Positions 6,071-15,689 of a DNA stretch of 64,000 nt are shown one piece after another (position 1 is the stretch's first letter; every line of letters begins with the position of its first letter). This DNA comes from a virus (lineage: Duplodnaviria > Caudoviricetes): positions 2,655 through 66,654 of the IMG/VR virus record IMGVR_UViG_3300043372_000090; one strand, 5' to 3'. Under the pieces are notes generated by a model. The model had not been told where the DNA came from. It saw only the letters and a program-made list of their open reading frames with translations, and ran no database searches. Position numbers and translations under genes: made by a program.

Positions 6071-6703
6071 ATGGCAGCAACACTTAAGTACGTTCAACCC
6101 GATGCAGAAGAGTTTATGATTCACCTTGCCCGTGTTTCATCTGACAATGAAGACAACCCTGAATACGTAAGACTTTTACATTACTGTATGCGAGAAGGTC
6201 ATTGGTCTGTATTTGAAATGGTAGATGTTGTTATGGAAATCTACACATCAAGGGCTATTGCAGCACAAATCTTACGACATAGAAGTTTTCATTTTCAAGA
6301 ATTTAGCCAACGTTATGCTAATCCAAGTAAAATTGAGTTAGATCTTCCAGTAATGCGCCGTAAAGGTAGTAGTAATCGGCAAGGCAGTGTTATGTTTGAA
6401 GATCCTGAAACACAATACCAAATGGATAACAAAGCACTGGCTCCTGTGTTGGTTGCTATTCGAGCTTACGATGATCTTGTTAAATCTGGTGTGGCTTTAG
6501 AGTCAGCCCGAATGGTACTGCCACTGTGCGTCGGTACACGCCTGTACATGAAGGGTAATGTACGTGACTGGCTACATTACTGCCGAGTGCGAATGAGTGC
6601 TCATACGCAGCAAGAACACCGTGAGATTGCTAATGATTGCTGGAATGTGTTATGTAAAGTACTGCCTAACGCAACAGCAGCATTTAATGAGTACCACATG
6701 TAA
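6071..6703 (+). CDS. thyX: FAD-dependent thymidylate synthase
   Basis: HWSVFE and RHRSFHFQEFSQRY signature; ATG 6071 after GGAG (ORF-track extension overlaps the tRNA). Confidence 0.95.
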   Translation: MAATLKYVQPDAEEFMIHLARVSSDNEDNPEYVRLLHYCMREGHWSVFEMVDVVMEIYTSRAIAAQILRHRSFHFQEFSQRYANPSKIELDLPVMRRKGSSNRQGSVMFEDPETQYQMDNKALAPVLVAIRAYDDLVKSGVALESARMVLPLCVGTRLYMKGNVRDWLHYCRVRMSAHTQQEHREIANDCWNVLCKVLPNATAAFNEYHM

Positions 6704-6969
6704 TGGAATCTATGGGTTGCGTAAGCACGTTAATGATAGCACAAGGGTATGACTCAGACGTAGAAGTCATACACAGGCAAGATGACGTATATGTAATTAA
6801 GTGGAAAGATTACTCGACAGTAGTGTTTTCATTGCCAGAGGCAGTGTTATTTCTTGATACCGTACAGGGTCAGGGAGCCAAGATACCTTGGCGTTTTATG
6901 CAAGATATTGCCATCAAGGCAATCAGTAAATTAATGGAGAACCAAGATGACAATCTTAAAGAAGAGTAA
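6703..6969 (+). CDS. hypothetical protein, paralogue of 6947..7180
   Basis: 88-aa ORF, TAATG overlap. Confidence 0.7.
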   Translation: MESMGCVSTLMIAQGYDSDVEVIHRQDDVYVIKWKDYSTVVFSLPEAVLFLDTVQGQGAKIPWRFMQDIAIKAISKLMENQDDNLKEE

Positions 6970-7180
6970 TCAATCAGATATCGAAGTTGTGCAATTAACG
7001 CCAGACAAGTATGGCCTTTGGGTTAATGACAATTTGCATGGTGAATACACACTCGAAGATCTTGCTGTAACAGCAATTCTTTTAAAGAAAGATGTAAAAG
7101 TCCCAAGCAAATGGCTTAATGAATTAGCCTATGTTGCACTAAAGCACGTAATGAAGAAGCTTACGGAAACCACCGTATGA
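6947..7180 (+). CDS. hypothetical protein, paralogue of 6703..6969
   Basis: 77-aa ORF with GGAG SD. Confidence 0.7.
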   Translation: MTILKKSNQSDIEVVQLTPDKYGLWVNDNLHGEYTLEDLAVTAILLKKDVKVPSKWLNELAYVALKHVMKKLTETTV

Positions 7181-7647
7181 AATCTAAAAGCTTAGAGTTC
7201 CAATGGTGTGGTAACGATGAGCATCAAGCAGGTCACGAGCCAGTGCGCAAAACGCAACTGGCTAGTGGTCTTGATGTAAAAGCATATTTAAAAAAACAAG
7301 TTGTTATAAAGCCCGGACAAACAGCTCTTATTCCCACTGGTTGGCGAGTAAAGATGGATCCGGAATACGAACTACAAGTGCGATCACGCAGTGGTATTGC
7401 ATTAAAGTATTCAGTATATGTACTTAATTCACCGGGTACTGTAGATGCAGATTACCAAGGTGAGATTCAAGTCATATTGCATAACGCAGGTCAAGAGCAG
7501 TTTGTTGTTGTTGACTGTATGGCAATAGCACAGCTTGTATTGTGTCCTGTTGAAAGATGCCATGTAACCATTGTGCAGACTGGCAATTTGTTTGAAGAGA
7601 CGTCAGGTAGAGGTCAAGGTGGATTTGGCTCTACCGGAGAGTTTTAA
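7177..7647 (+). CDS. dut: trimeric dUTPase
   Basis: Motifs ASGLDV, RSRSG, GTVDADYQGEI, IAQLV, RGQGGFGSTG. Confidence 0.96.
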   Translation: MKSKSLEFQWCGNDEHQAGHEPVRKTQLASGLDVKAYLKKQVVIKPGQTALIPTGWRVKMDPEYELQVRSRSGIALKYSVYVLNSPGTVDADYQGEIQVILHNAGQEQFVVVDCMAIAQLVLCPVERCHVTIVQTGNLFEETSGRGQGGFGSTGEF

Positions 7648-7898
7648 TGGATAACGCCCACTATCGAAAACACAAGATTCAAACCGTGCATTGTGCATGG
7701 GAATGGGATTTAACATGGGCAGAGTTTAATGCCGTTAAATACATTGAACGCGCTGGAGATAAACCCGGTTCAACATATAACGATGACATTAATAAAGCTA
7801 TCTGGTACTTGGTTGCAACCGTTACCCATAGCGATGTGTTTGCTCAGCAGGTTGTTGATTCAATTGAAGAATACTGCAAAGCTAAAACTCAATCGTAG
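7647..7898 (+). CDS. DUF3310 (SaV-like) protein
   Basis: HY....NAVKYIER...DINKAIWYL pattern. Confidence 0.8.
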   Translation: MDNAHYRKHKIQTVHCAWEWDLTWAEFNAVKYIERAGDKPGSTYNDDINKAIWYLVATVTHSDVFAQQVVDSIEEYCKAKTQS

Positions 7899-8050
7899 TC
7901 ACAACCACATTCAGATTTCTTCTTACCGCAGCTTGGGCAAGTCTCAGTATTCTCAACTTTTTTGCCCTTCTTCATACCCTTTTTCATGCCACTCGCCATG
8001 CCGGTTTTATAGATGCCGTCTGGTTTCATCTGTTTAATTTCACGTGCCAT
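7889..8050 (-). CDS. small basic Cys-rich protein (53 aa), absent from ORF track
   Basis: Reads MAREIKQMKPDGIYKTGMASGMKKGMKKGKKVENTETCPSCGKKKSECGCDYD; divergent from ssb. Confidence 0.65.
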   Translation of the reverse strand: MAREIKQMKPDGIYKTGMASGMKKGMKKGKKVENTETCPSCGKKKSECGCDYD

Positions 8051-8083
8051 AACAAGAGTTTACTGTGAATAAAATGAACTGCA

Positions 8084-8102
8084 TATACCGTAATACGGTA
8101 TA
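8084..8102. promoter_or_regulatory. 19-bp palindrome overlapping the ssb -10 element
   Basis: TATACCGTA-A-TACGGTATA; TATAAT at 8099-8104. Confidence 0.75.
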
Positions 8103-8120
8103 ATCAAAACGGAGGAAAGA

Positions 8121-8516
8121 ATGTTTAATAACGTATCACTTGTAGGACGATTGACTGAAGATCCGTCAACAAAAGAATCACAACTTGGTAAAAGTTATAC
8201 AACCTTTTGCATTGCTGTAGATCGTAAAACCAAAGACAAAGAAGCTGACTTCTTTAACTGTACATTATTTGGAAACTCTGGTGTGGCTTTAAACGAGTAT
8301 GCACAGAAGGGTCGATTAATAGCAGTAAGCGGTAAGGTCCAGATAGACAAGTACACAAATAAAGATGGCGTAAAAATGCAAGCTATTAAAGTTATTGTAG
8401 ATAACTGGTCACTTCTTGACTCACGTAAAGAACAATCAGATGTTGTCCAACCAGTTAGTCGTAAACCAACTCAAAACAATAATCAGGATATTGAAGATCC
8501 GTTTGCTGACGATTAA
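8121..8516 (+). CDS. ssb: single-stranded DNA-binding protein
   Basis: N.VSLVGRLT.DP, IAVDR, ADFFNC, KGRLIAVSG and acidic DPFADD tail. Confidence 0.95.
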   Translation: MFNNVSLVGRLTEDPSTKESQLGKSYTTFCIAVDRKTKDKEADFFNCTLFGNSGVALNEYAQKGRLIAVSGKVQIDKYTNKDGVKMQAIKVIVDNWSLLDSRKEQSDVVQPVSRKPTQNNNQDIEDPFADD

Positions 8517-8719
8517 TCTAATAACTTATTTACTAATGCTATGTTGTAAGCTTTCTGTCTTGCGCCAACACCACTTACACCTAGTTTGAAGTAAGCGTTT
8601 TCTAAATAGAAATGTACAGTCCTTGGACTAATTTGTAGTTCAAGGGCTATTTCTTTTGACGTTTTATTTTTACCTAATAAGGTAACAACTTCTTTTTCCC
8701 GCTTGGATAATTGCATCAT
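8513..8719 (-). CDS. stand-alone LuxR/GerE-family HTH regulator
   Basis: LSKREKEVV..L...KTSKEIA.EL.IS.RTV..YL..AY.KLGV. Confidence 0.9.
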   Translation of the reverse strand: MMQLSKREKEVVTLLGKNKTSKEIALELQISPRTVHFYLENAYFKLGVSGVGARQKAYNIALVNKLLD

Positions 8720-8787
8720 ATTTCCATTCTACCGCAAGTAATGTCTTGCCATGGTAGGTAGTGTATGATAGTGCTGAGGTGCATTAA

Positions 8788-9036
8788 ATGGGTGTAGTTA
8801 AGAAGTATCAAAATCCTGCAGGTGGATTAAATGCTGCTGGTCGAGCGCACTACAATAGGACTACTGGTTCTAACTTGAAACCACCTGCTCCTAATCCTAA
8901 AACACCTAAAGATGCTGGTAGGCGCAAGTCATTTTGTGCTCGAATGGAAGGCATGAAGCGTTCGCGTACTAGCGCTAAAACGGCTAACGATCCAAATAGC
9001 CGTATCAATAAATCCTTACGAGCGTGGGACTGCTAA
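8788..9036 (+). CDS. conserved small basic phage protein (DUF6321-like)
   Basis: GGLNAAGR..YNR.TGSNLK.P...RRKSFCARM pattern. Confidence 0.75.
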   Translation: MGVVKKYQNPAGGLNAAGRAHYNRTTGSNLKPPAPNPKTPKDAGRRKSFCARMEGMKRSRTSAKTANDPNSRINKSLRAWDC

Positions 9037-9037
9037 C

Positions 9038-9136
9038 ATGGCAGTTAAATCCGCTGGAGAAATCCTAGCGTCTTCAAACCGCAATGCGTCAGCTGCGGAT
9101 AAGAAGAAAAATCCAAGACTCAATAGAGTTAAATAG
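9038..9136 (+). CDS. 32-aa basic peptide, absent from ORF track
   Basis: Reads MAVKSAGEILASSNRNASAADKKKNPRLNRVK; fills the gap between two genes. Confidence 0.55.
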   Translation: MAVKSAGEILASSNRNASAADKKKNPRLNRVK

Positions 9137-9148
9137 AGGTATAGGATA

Positions 9149-9343
9149 ATGGTGAAGAACGCAGCTGCATCACGTGGTAAAGCTATGGGTATGGCAGCAT
9201 TGTTAGGTATGGCAAAGGGAGCTAAATCAAAACCAGCTCCGGCAAAGAAAAAGGCTGCTGCTAAGGCAGGGCGTGGTGCAAAGAAGGCCATGATGCCTCC
9301 AATGGGACCAATGGGACCAATGGGGCCAATGGGGCCAATGTAA
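9149..9343 (+). CDS. small K/A/M-rich protein with C-terminal (MGP)4 repeat
   Basis: GAGGT SD upstream; atgggNcca tandem repeat at 9302-9340. Confidence 0.7.
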   Translation: MVKNAAASRGKAMGMAALLGMAKGAKSKPAPAKKKAAAKAGRGAKKAMMPPMGPMGPMGPMGPM

Positions 9344-9359
9344 TTTCAGGTAGGTAAAT

Positions 9360-12300
9360 ATGGCGTCATTACTGTCTAGTCTTATCATGGGTAATTCGGC
9401 TACTATGTCGGATAAAGATAAAGAGATACCAGCAGCACCTGCTGTTGGTGGTCCAGTGCCAACAACACAAGCACAGCAGCCACAACAACAACCTCTTCCA
9501 TCTATACCGCCAATGGCTAACCCACAGCCACAGACTACACAACCAGCGCCAGTAAAGCCACAAGGTATGCCCGGATTGCCTAGTCTTCCGGGTTTACCTC
9601 AAATGGGTGGTTTTAACTACGATCCAATGGCAGCTCTATCTAAGGGATTAGTAGATATGCCTAACGCATCAGGAGCAGGTCTCAGTACCCGTATTGATGT
9701 GGGTGGATTAGATAACGCAAGCGCACAAAAACATGCAGTTGGATTAGACATGTTTTTGCGATCAAGTAGCACTGGTAAAGTTGCATCTGGTTCTGAGTTA
9801 ATTACTAAAATGCAATCATGGCTTGGCAAAGCTACTGGTGCAAAGGATCAAACTGCAGGAACAAATAGAACCGATGTAATTGGTGACGATAAGTTTTTAC
9901 AGTTAGTCAATAAGACAGCAGAGTTATACAACACTGGTGATCCAACTAAGCGAAAGATGGCAGATGCATACGCTAACGGTGTTATGTATTTAACAACTGC
10001 TTATTCTAGGAATGATGATGCTGGTGTTTCTGGTGCAAAAGATTATCTTGAAACACTCGTTGATTATACGGATGAAGATTTTCGAGATCCTAAAACCCAA
10101 ACGTATTTAGCTCGACAGGCAGCATCTGTTATCAAGCCATATGTAACTAATAAGTCACTTGTGCAACTTGATAAAGAAAAAGCAGAAGTAAGCCCAGAAA
10201 CCGTACGAAAAAAACTTATTGGTAATGTTCTTTATGATTATGTACAAGGACGGTTTACTGAACTTAGATCAGATGCACAATCTGGATCACCTACGGCTAA
10301 TAATGCACGTAAGACATTAAACATATTTGAATCTGCATACGGTGATTTATCAAAACCAACTATTGAAGGAAATAAAGATAGACAAGTCCAGATGTTTATG
10401 GACTCACCTCAAGGGCAAGCGTTAATTGACGATGCTTATGAGCAGTTTGATGGTCAAGGTTTATTCAATACAAAAAAAGCCCAAGACTTATTAAAACGAA
10501 TGGGTGGACAAGTTCGTGGAGAACAAGGCCAAGGTGAGATTGATCCAGCTACGCAGGTTACTCCACAAGAATTAAAAGACTTCTTTGGACAGACACGTAT
10601 GAAGCGATACGTATCTGGCGCAATGAATATTGATCCATCATTAAGCGATGAAGCAGCTTCACGATTTGATCCAAATAATCCAGATAATGATGAAGTATAT
10701 TCTGCATTAACACCCGGTGGTGTAAAAGCTTTATATGGTCAAAAGGACGGAGCATTAGTAGGCGATATGTTCCGTGCAGGTAAGGAAGATCCTTACATGT
10801 ATGACATAAGCTCTAATGTATCTGGAAGTCAAACGCAATCACCGCAAGCTATTACTGGCGCAAACAGTGGACGAATTACATCTCGTGCTGAGCTTGCTGG
10901 GTCAATGGCTTCAGGTTTAAACCTTAGTGAAGCACAATTAGAACAGGTAGGACGTAAGTTATTCTCAAGCATTGACGATGTAAATGATTTTGTAACTGCT
11001 GGTATGAATAGTTACGATATTGAATCAGATATTCTACCTAAGATTACTTCAGACATTAGTTCTGTACGTGCAGGTAAAACAGGTGGCCTTGCAACAGGTG
11101 GCACATCAAAAGGTACATACAACTTAATCACTGATACTTTTAAGGCTGTAGATGCTGTTATTCCCGGTGGTGCACAGCAATCATCATGGATGAGTAAGAA
11201 GCGTGTACTCAATGATATTGCTGTGCAAGCTCGTAACTTAGAAGGCACCGCAGTTGAGCAGTCTGGTTTATCGTTTGCTAAATTACCTACGGGTGAAAAT
11301 GATTTTAACCAACCAATATTGCCAGTGCGTTCAGACCAGATTAGTCGCATCCAAGTTTTGCAGGGCATGTTTGATTATGCTGGTAAAAATGCTAGATACC
11401 GTACTGATCTACAAAATCTAATTAAAAGTGCAATAGACAAAGTTCCGTACAACGGAAACATAAAGATGACTCCATCGCAGATGTCATCGTTAGTTGGTTT
11501 ATATGCTTCACGTTTAGAAGACGCTACATATGCAAATTCAAATACTGATGAAGTCTTTCAGTCAATGTTTGGCATCAAAGCAAGTGACTACAGCAAAAAA
11601 GATTTAAGAGCCAAGATATTAAAATCACTACAAACAGGAACACCATCAAGATTTAAAGCACTTGCATCTACAATGCAAGTGACACCTGAAGGTGGAACAA
11701 GACTTATACCTACAACTACTGCTGGAACAGTAATAGATAATGCATCTGCAATACCCGGAGGTACTGGGGCTGTAGGTGGTCGTTCAAGTAAAACTGAGAG
11801 GACAGCACTCGATAGAGTACAGCGAAGCATGGATATTGTAAATACAATATTTAGCGACGCAAAAAAATCAATCCTTGGTTACACAAACAGTGTTGGCGAA
11901 CAAGTAGCTGGTGGCGAAGCACCAAAGGGTAACTTTAAAACTGAAGTCCTAAACGCATTCGATAATTCAATCAAGTCATCATTAGCTCAATTCAATATTA
12001 ATCCACAAGACAAAGTTAAGTTTGACAGTATGATCTCTAACATTAGGGAGCAGCTTGCAGAATCCGCAACTACGGAATGGATGAAGGGCACAGTCTCTGA
12101 CGCCGACATTGATGGTGTTTTTCAAAAGTATCGCCCATCAATGACTTCTATTTCTGCGCAGTATGCAGGTCGAGAAGATACAGATGTGGCCTCGCGACTT
12201 AAACCTTCTGAATCTACAAACCAAGTTCAAATTGATTCTGGTAAAAAAATCTACAATGATGCTGTTGCAGCATTAGGTGGTGAGATTGGTGGTAGTGAAA

Positions 12301-15300
12301 AGGCTGGTGATACAAAACAAATTGAAACAGTTTTGTCTGCAAAAATTGCAGCAGCTGAAAAAGCTAACAACTATGACTATGTAGAATTTACAAAACGTTG
12401 GTATGCAAATACAACAAAATCACTTGATGCAGCAAAGCGTGATGCAGATATACAAGCAGCTGTTGTAAAAAATGCTGATGCAGATATTGTTAAATTACAA
12501 GAAGCTAAGGCAAAAACTGGACAGACACCAGAAGGTTTGAAAAAAATTGATCGAGCAATTGCTGCATTAGAGCGAAAAAAAATTCAGGCAAAACAAAAGG
12601 GAACAGATGCACTTTCATTATTGCAAAGTCGCATGTATGATCTTGCCTATAATAGTCCTACAGAGGAATCTTACAGTAAAATATTAGATGACCGTAATTC
12701 TGAAACAAAAGCCAATGAGGCTATAAGCGGACGCTATAGAGATATTAGAGCGCGAGTTCGTGATAAAGGATTTGACAGCTTATCTTTAAGTGATAAACAA
12801 TTTTATTACGAGCAAAGTCTACAGCGTTACCGAGAAGGTGAATCAAACACTATAGGTGTAGGTCGGCCTACGCGTTTAGGATTTAATAGTTTTCTTGCAA
12901 GTGCACAAGGTGTCAACTGGACTGTTGTAAATCCAGAATATGAATTGATTGACGATAACGCAAGAGCACCAGCATATTTAGTAGAAGTAAAAGATGACAA
13001 AGGAAAAACTATAGGTCACAAGTTAAATGAAAATGTCAAATTTGCATTTGAATGGAAAAAGGATGCAAAGACAGGTCGTTTTACTGACGTAACAATCGTA
13101 GCTAGTGAGTATATAAAACAAGGTAATAATAGTCAGCGCACATTACGTAAACAAAAAATTGAAACTGGTTTAGAGACTGCAATCTACAAAGCAAAGAATT
13201 TTGAAGTAGATTTAAATGCATCTTTAAAAGTTCTTGACAGCACAACCACAGGTAAGACATACGGTGGTATTACTAATGGCACGAGAGTAAATAGAGGTGC
13301 ATCTAAGTTATCTGGTGCGGTTCGCGATTTACTTGATCTTACGTCTCAAGAAAATCTTAATGCTGCAAACCAAAATAACGTCAAACAATTAAAAGCTGCA
13401 GTGCTGCAAGGTTTAAAAGATTCTGGAAGAGCTAACCCAGAAGAGTATCTTAAAAACTTAATTGAAAGCAACAAGAGTAGTAAGGCTTTACTAAACTTTG
13501 CTGACACATTACGTGTGAAGATGTCAGATCGTATTGACGCATTTGCTGGTAAGGGCACTGGTCGCGTACGTACACCTCAAGAAATTCAAGATGATATTTC
13601 TAATTTTTTTAATACGACTGAAATGTCTGCCGAGGATACTGCAAAAATACGTAATGAAAAAGCTGCGTTCTTACAAAAATTTGGCTTTGACGTAAAAGAA
13701 GTAACAGACGCAGATGGTAACAAGGTTCCAAAAACATTACCTAATGATGCAGTTGGCGAGGTAATTTCAATACTTGACTCAAAAGGTAAAGTATCACTTA
13801 CTACACAAAAAGAAGATATAGCATCTTTGCGTAATGCTGTTTTTCAAAAACTACGACCGTTGCAAGAAAAGTTACAGAAAGAAGTAGATGGACTAAGTCA
13901 AGGTGATTCAGGTCGTATTGCAAAAATAGCTGAAGCTAAAAAGTTATCAGGACTTGCTGGAAAGTTAAATGCTGCGACATCTGAAGGTGAATTGACTGGT
14001 GCACTTTTAGAATTTAATACAACTAACAAGGTAATAAAATCAGCTCAGGCAGTTGCGCGTGATTGGCGTACAAGAAAAGATTTACCGTTAACTGATGTTT
14101 ACTCCCAATATAAATCACTTAAAGATAAAGCCACAGATGGAAACATATCGGACGTTGAAAGTAAACGATTAGACACACTTACTTTAGTTTTAAATAAACA
14201 TCTTAAATCTGTTGCTCCAGAACTAGGTGCAAAACCATTGTTTGAATTAAACAGGATTGACAAACTAAATAGTCAAGAATCCGGTGTTTACAATCAGGCA
14301 AATGCAGCTAAAGATAAAGTTCCATTCCAAGTACTGTTTGGTGAATCAGCTAAGAGGATAGAACGAACTAACTTACCTACGGTATACATGAGTCCAGAAG
14401 ATCAACGAAAGGCTTTTCAACAGTGGAATAAAAAATTATCTACTAACGATAAAAAGCGTTTGGCACGAGAAGTTGAGATTGCACAAATAATAGGCTTAGA
14501 TGTAGATGCTACGAAAGCAAAGCTTGGTGACTTGTGGAGATCTGTCAATAACAAGTGGCAATCAATGAACGCCAAGGAATGGGTCGAATACACTTACGGC
14601 TTACCTGATGAAGCACGGCAATATCTATTACAAGAGTATCCGTTCCAATCACAAGAACTAATGCCTAATGAATTAGGTGATGACTCAGGGCTTACACGCC
14701 AAGAAATAAATAAACGATTAAAAGATAGTGTTTCACTAACATTGACTCCGGGTGGGCATGTTGTTCCAGCTAAAAATACATTTACATTAAGCGCCCCACA
14801 ATTTGTAAAAGAAAATAGATTACCAAGTAAACCAAGATACGCAGAATCGTTACAATGGAAAATTAACAACTCAGCTGTTGAATATCTTGATGTGTTAGTT
14901 GAAAATTCAAATGATTACCGTTACGAGGTAAAGGGGCCTGATGGAAAAATATTAAAAAATCAGACTGCTAATACATTTACAACTGAACCAGATGGTAAGT
15001 CTAGAATATTAAAAAAAGGATATAAGGTTTTAGGTGCAACTGTTACGTCAGTAGATGCTGATGGCAATAAAGAAACAAAAGACGTACCTATTTCCGAAAA
15101 ATATAGAATTGGTGGAAAGCAAGTTGATGTACCTATATACAACAGGGGTGCGTTTTTGCAGTCACGGATGTTACAACCCGGATTTGACGTAGATCTAATT
15201 GATCAAAAATTAATTAAAAAAGAACCTATTGTAAAACGCCTTACATTTGAATCGGCTCCAGTTCAAGAGGGTAATCGACTAGGTTTTGAGTATGAAGGTA

Positions 15301-15689
15301 AACAGTTCTGGATTGGTAGGAGTGATTACTTGGATTTTGTAAAGCAGGTAAATGAAGGAAAAGTTGACCGAAAAAATGTACGTGAATTAGTTACTGCACT
15401 TGTTTCTCGTGTGCGAGCAAGTAAAAAATCTGGTGAAGGGGAAGTATATACTACTGTAAGTGCAAAGTCGATAAGTAAAGATAATGCCAAAGCTATTGAA
15501 GGAATCAAGATTCCAGAAGATATCCAAAATCAAATTATTGCTGACGCAGAAGCTAAAGGTTTTGGTGGGTTAATTGGAAAAGCTAAAAGAATGAGTTTTG
15601 CTGGTGTACTGCTCTTAGCCTTAAAGGAATACGGTAAACAGGCAATACGATCATTTGGCCAAGAGGAGTCTAAGAAAAATGGAAAATGA
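9360..15689 (+). CDS. giant 2109-aa protein of unknown function, possibly an internal virion/ejection protein
   Basis: Uninterrupted ORF; P/Q-rich disordered N-terminus, helical K/A/D/E-rich body; no catalytic motif recognised. Confidence 0.85.
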   Translation: MASLLSSLIMGNSATMSDKDKEIPAAPAVGGPVPTTQAQQPQQQPLPSIPPMANPQPQTTQPAPVKPQGMPGLPSLPGLPQMGGFNYDPMAALSKGLVDMPNASGAGLSTRIDVGGLDNASAQKHAVGLDMFLRSSSTGKVASGSELITKMQSWLGKATGAKDQTAGTNRTDVIGDDKFLQLVNKTAELYNTGDPTKRKMADAYANGVMYLTTAYSRNDDAGVSGAKDYLETLVDYTDEDFRDPKTQTYLARQAASVIKPYVTNKSLVQLDKEKAEVSPETVRKKLIGNVLYDYVQGRFTELRSDAQSGSPTANNARKTLNIFESAYGDLSKPTIEGNKDRQVQMFMDSPQGQALIDDAYEQFDGQGLFNTKKAQDLLKRMGGQVRGEQGQGEIDPATQVTPQELKDFFGQTRMKRYVSGAMNIDPSLSDEAASRFDPNNPDNDEVYSALTPGGVKALYGQKDGALVGDMFRAGKEDPYMYDISSNVSGSQTQSPQAITGANSGRITSRAELAGSMASGLNLSEAQLEQVGRKLFSSIDDVNDFVTAGMNSYDIESDILPKITSDISSVRAGKTGGLATGGTSKGTYNLITDTFKAVDAVIPGGAQQSSWMSKKRVLNDIAVQARNLEGTAVEQSGLSFAKLPTGENDFNQPILPVRSDQISRIQVLQGMFDYAGKNARYRTDLQNLIKSAIDKVPYNGNIKMTPSQMSSLVGLYASRLEDATYANSNTDEVFQSMFGIKASDYSKKDLRAKILKSLQTGTPSRFKALASTMQVTPEGGTRLIPTTTAGTVIDNASAIPGGTGAVGGRSSKTERTALDRVQRSMDIVNTIFSDAKKSILGYTNSVGEQVAGGEAPKGNFKTEVLNAFDNSIKSSLAQFNINPQDKVKFDSMISNIREQLAESATTEWMKGTVSDADIDGVFQKYRPSMTSISAQYAGREDTDVASRLKPSESTNQVQIDSGKKIYNDAVAALGGEIGGSEKAGDTKQIETVLSAKIAAAEKANNYDYVEFTKRWYANTTKSLDAAKRDADIQAAVVKNADADIVKLQEAKAKTGQTPEGLKKIDRAIAALERKKIQAKQKGTDALSLLQSRMYDLAYNSPTEESYSKILDDRNSETKANEAISGRYRDIRARVRDKGFDSLSLSDKQFYYEQSLQRYREGESNTIGVGRPTRLGFNSFLASAQGVNWTVVNPEYELIDDNARAPAYLVEVKDDKGKTIGHKLNENVKFAFEWKKDAKTGRFTDVTIVASEYIKQGNNSQRTLRKQKIETGLETAIYKAKNFEVDLNASLKVLDSTTTGKTYGGITNGTRVNRGASKLSGAVRDLLDLTSQENLNAANQNNVKQLKAAVLQGLKDSGRANPEEYLKNLIESNKSSKALLNFADTLRVKMSDRIDAFAGKGTGRVRTPQEIQDDISNFFNTTEMSAEDTAKIRNEKAAFLQKFGFDVKEVTDADGNKVPKTLPNDAVGEVISILDSKGKVSLTTQKEDIASLRNAVFQKLRPLQEKLQKEVDGLSQGDSGRIAKIAEAKKLSGLAGKLNAATSEGELTGALLEFNTTNKVIKSAQAVARDWRTRKDLPLTDVYSQYKSLKDKATDGNISDVESKRLDTLTLVLNKHLKSVAPELGAKPLFELNRIDKLNSQESGVYNQANAAKDKVPFQVLFGESAKRIERTNLPTVYMSPEDQRKAFQQWNKKLSTNDKKRLAREVEIAQIIGLDVDATKAKLGDLWRSVNNKWQSMNAKEWVEYTYGLPDEARQYLLQEYPFQSQELMPNELGDDSGLTRQEINKRLKDSVSLTLTPGGHVVPAKNTFTLSAPQFVKENRLPSKPRYAESLQWKINNSAVEYLDVLVENSNDYRYEVKGPDGKILKNQTANTFTTEPDGKSRILKKGYKVLGATVTSVDADGNKETKDVPISEKYRIGGKQVDVPIYNRGAFLQSRMLQPGFDVDLIDQKLIKKEPIVKRLTFESAPVQEGNRLGFEYEGKQFWIGRSDYLDFVKQVNEGKVDRKNVRELVTALVSRVRASKKSGEGEVYTTVSAKSISKDNAKAIEGIKIPEDIQNQIIADAEAKGFGGLIGKAKRMSFAGVLLLALKEYGKQAIRSFGQEESKKNGK

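Noticed and set aside
12099-12116. DADIDG in the 2109-aa protein as an RNA polymerase catalytic loop
   Set aside because: It lacks the third Asp in the NADFDGD register and no flanking double-psi barrel motif was recognised. Structure prediction is needed before any virion RNAP claim.
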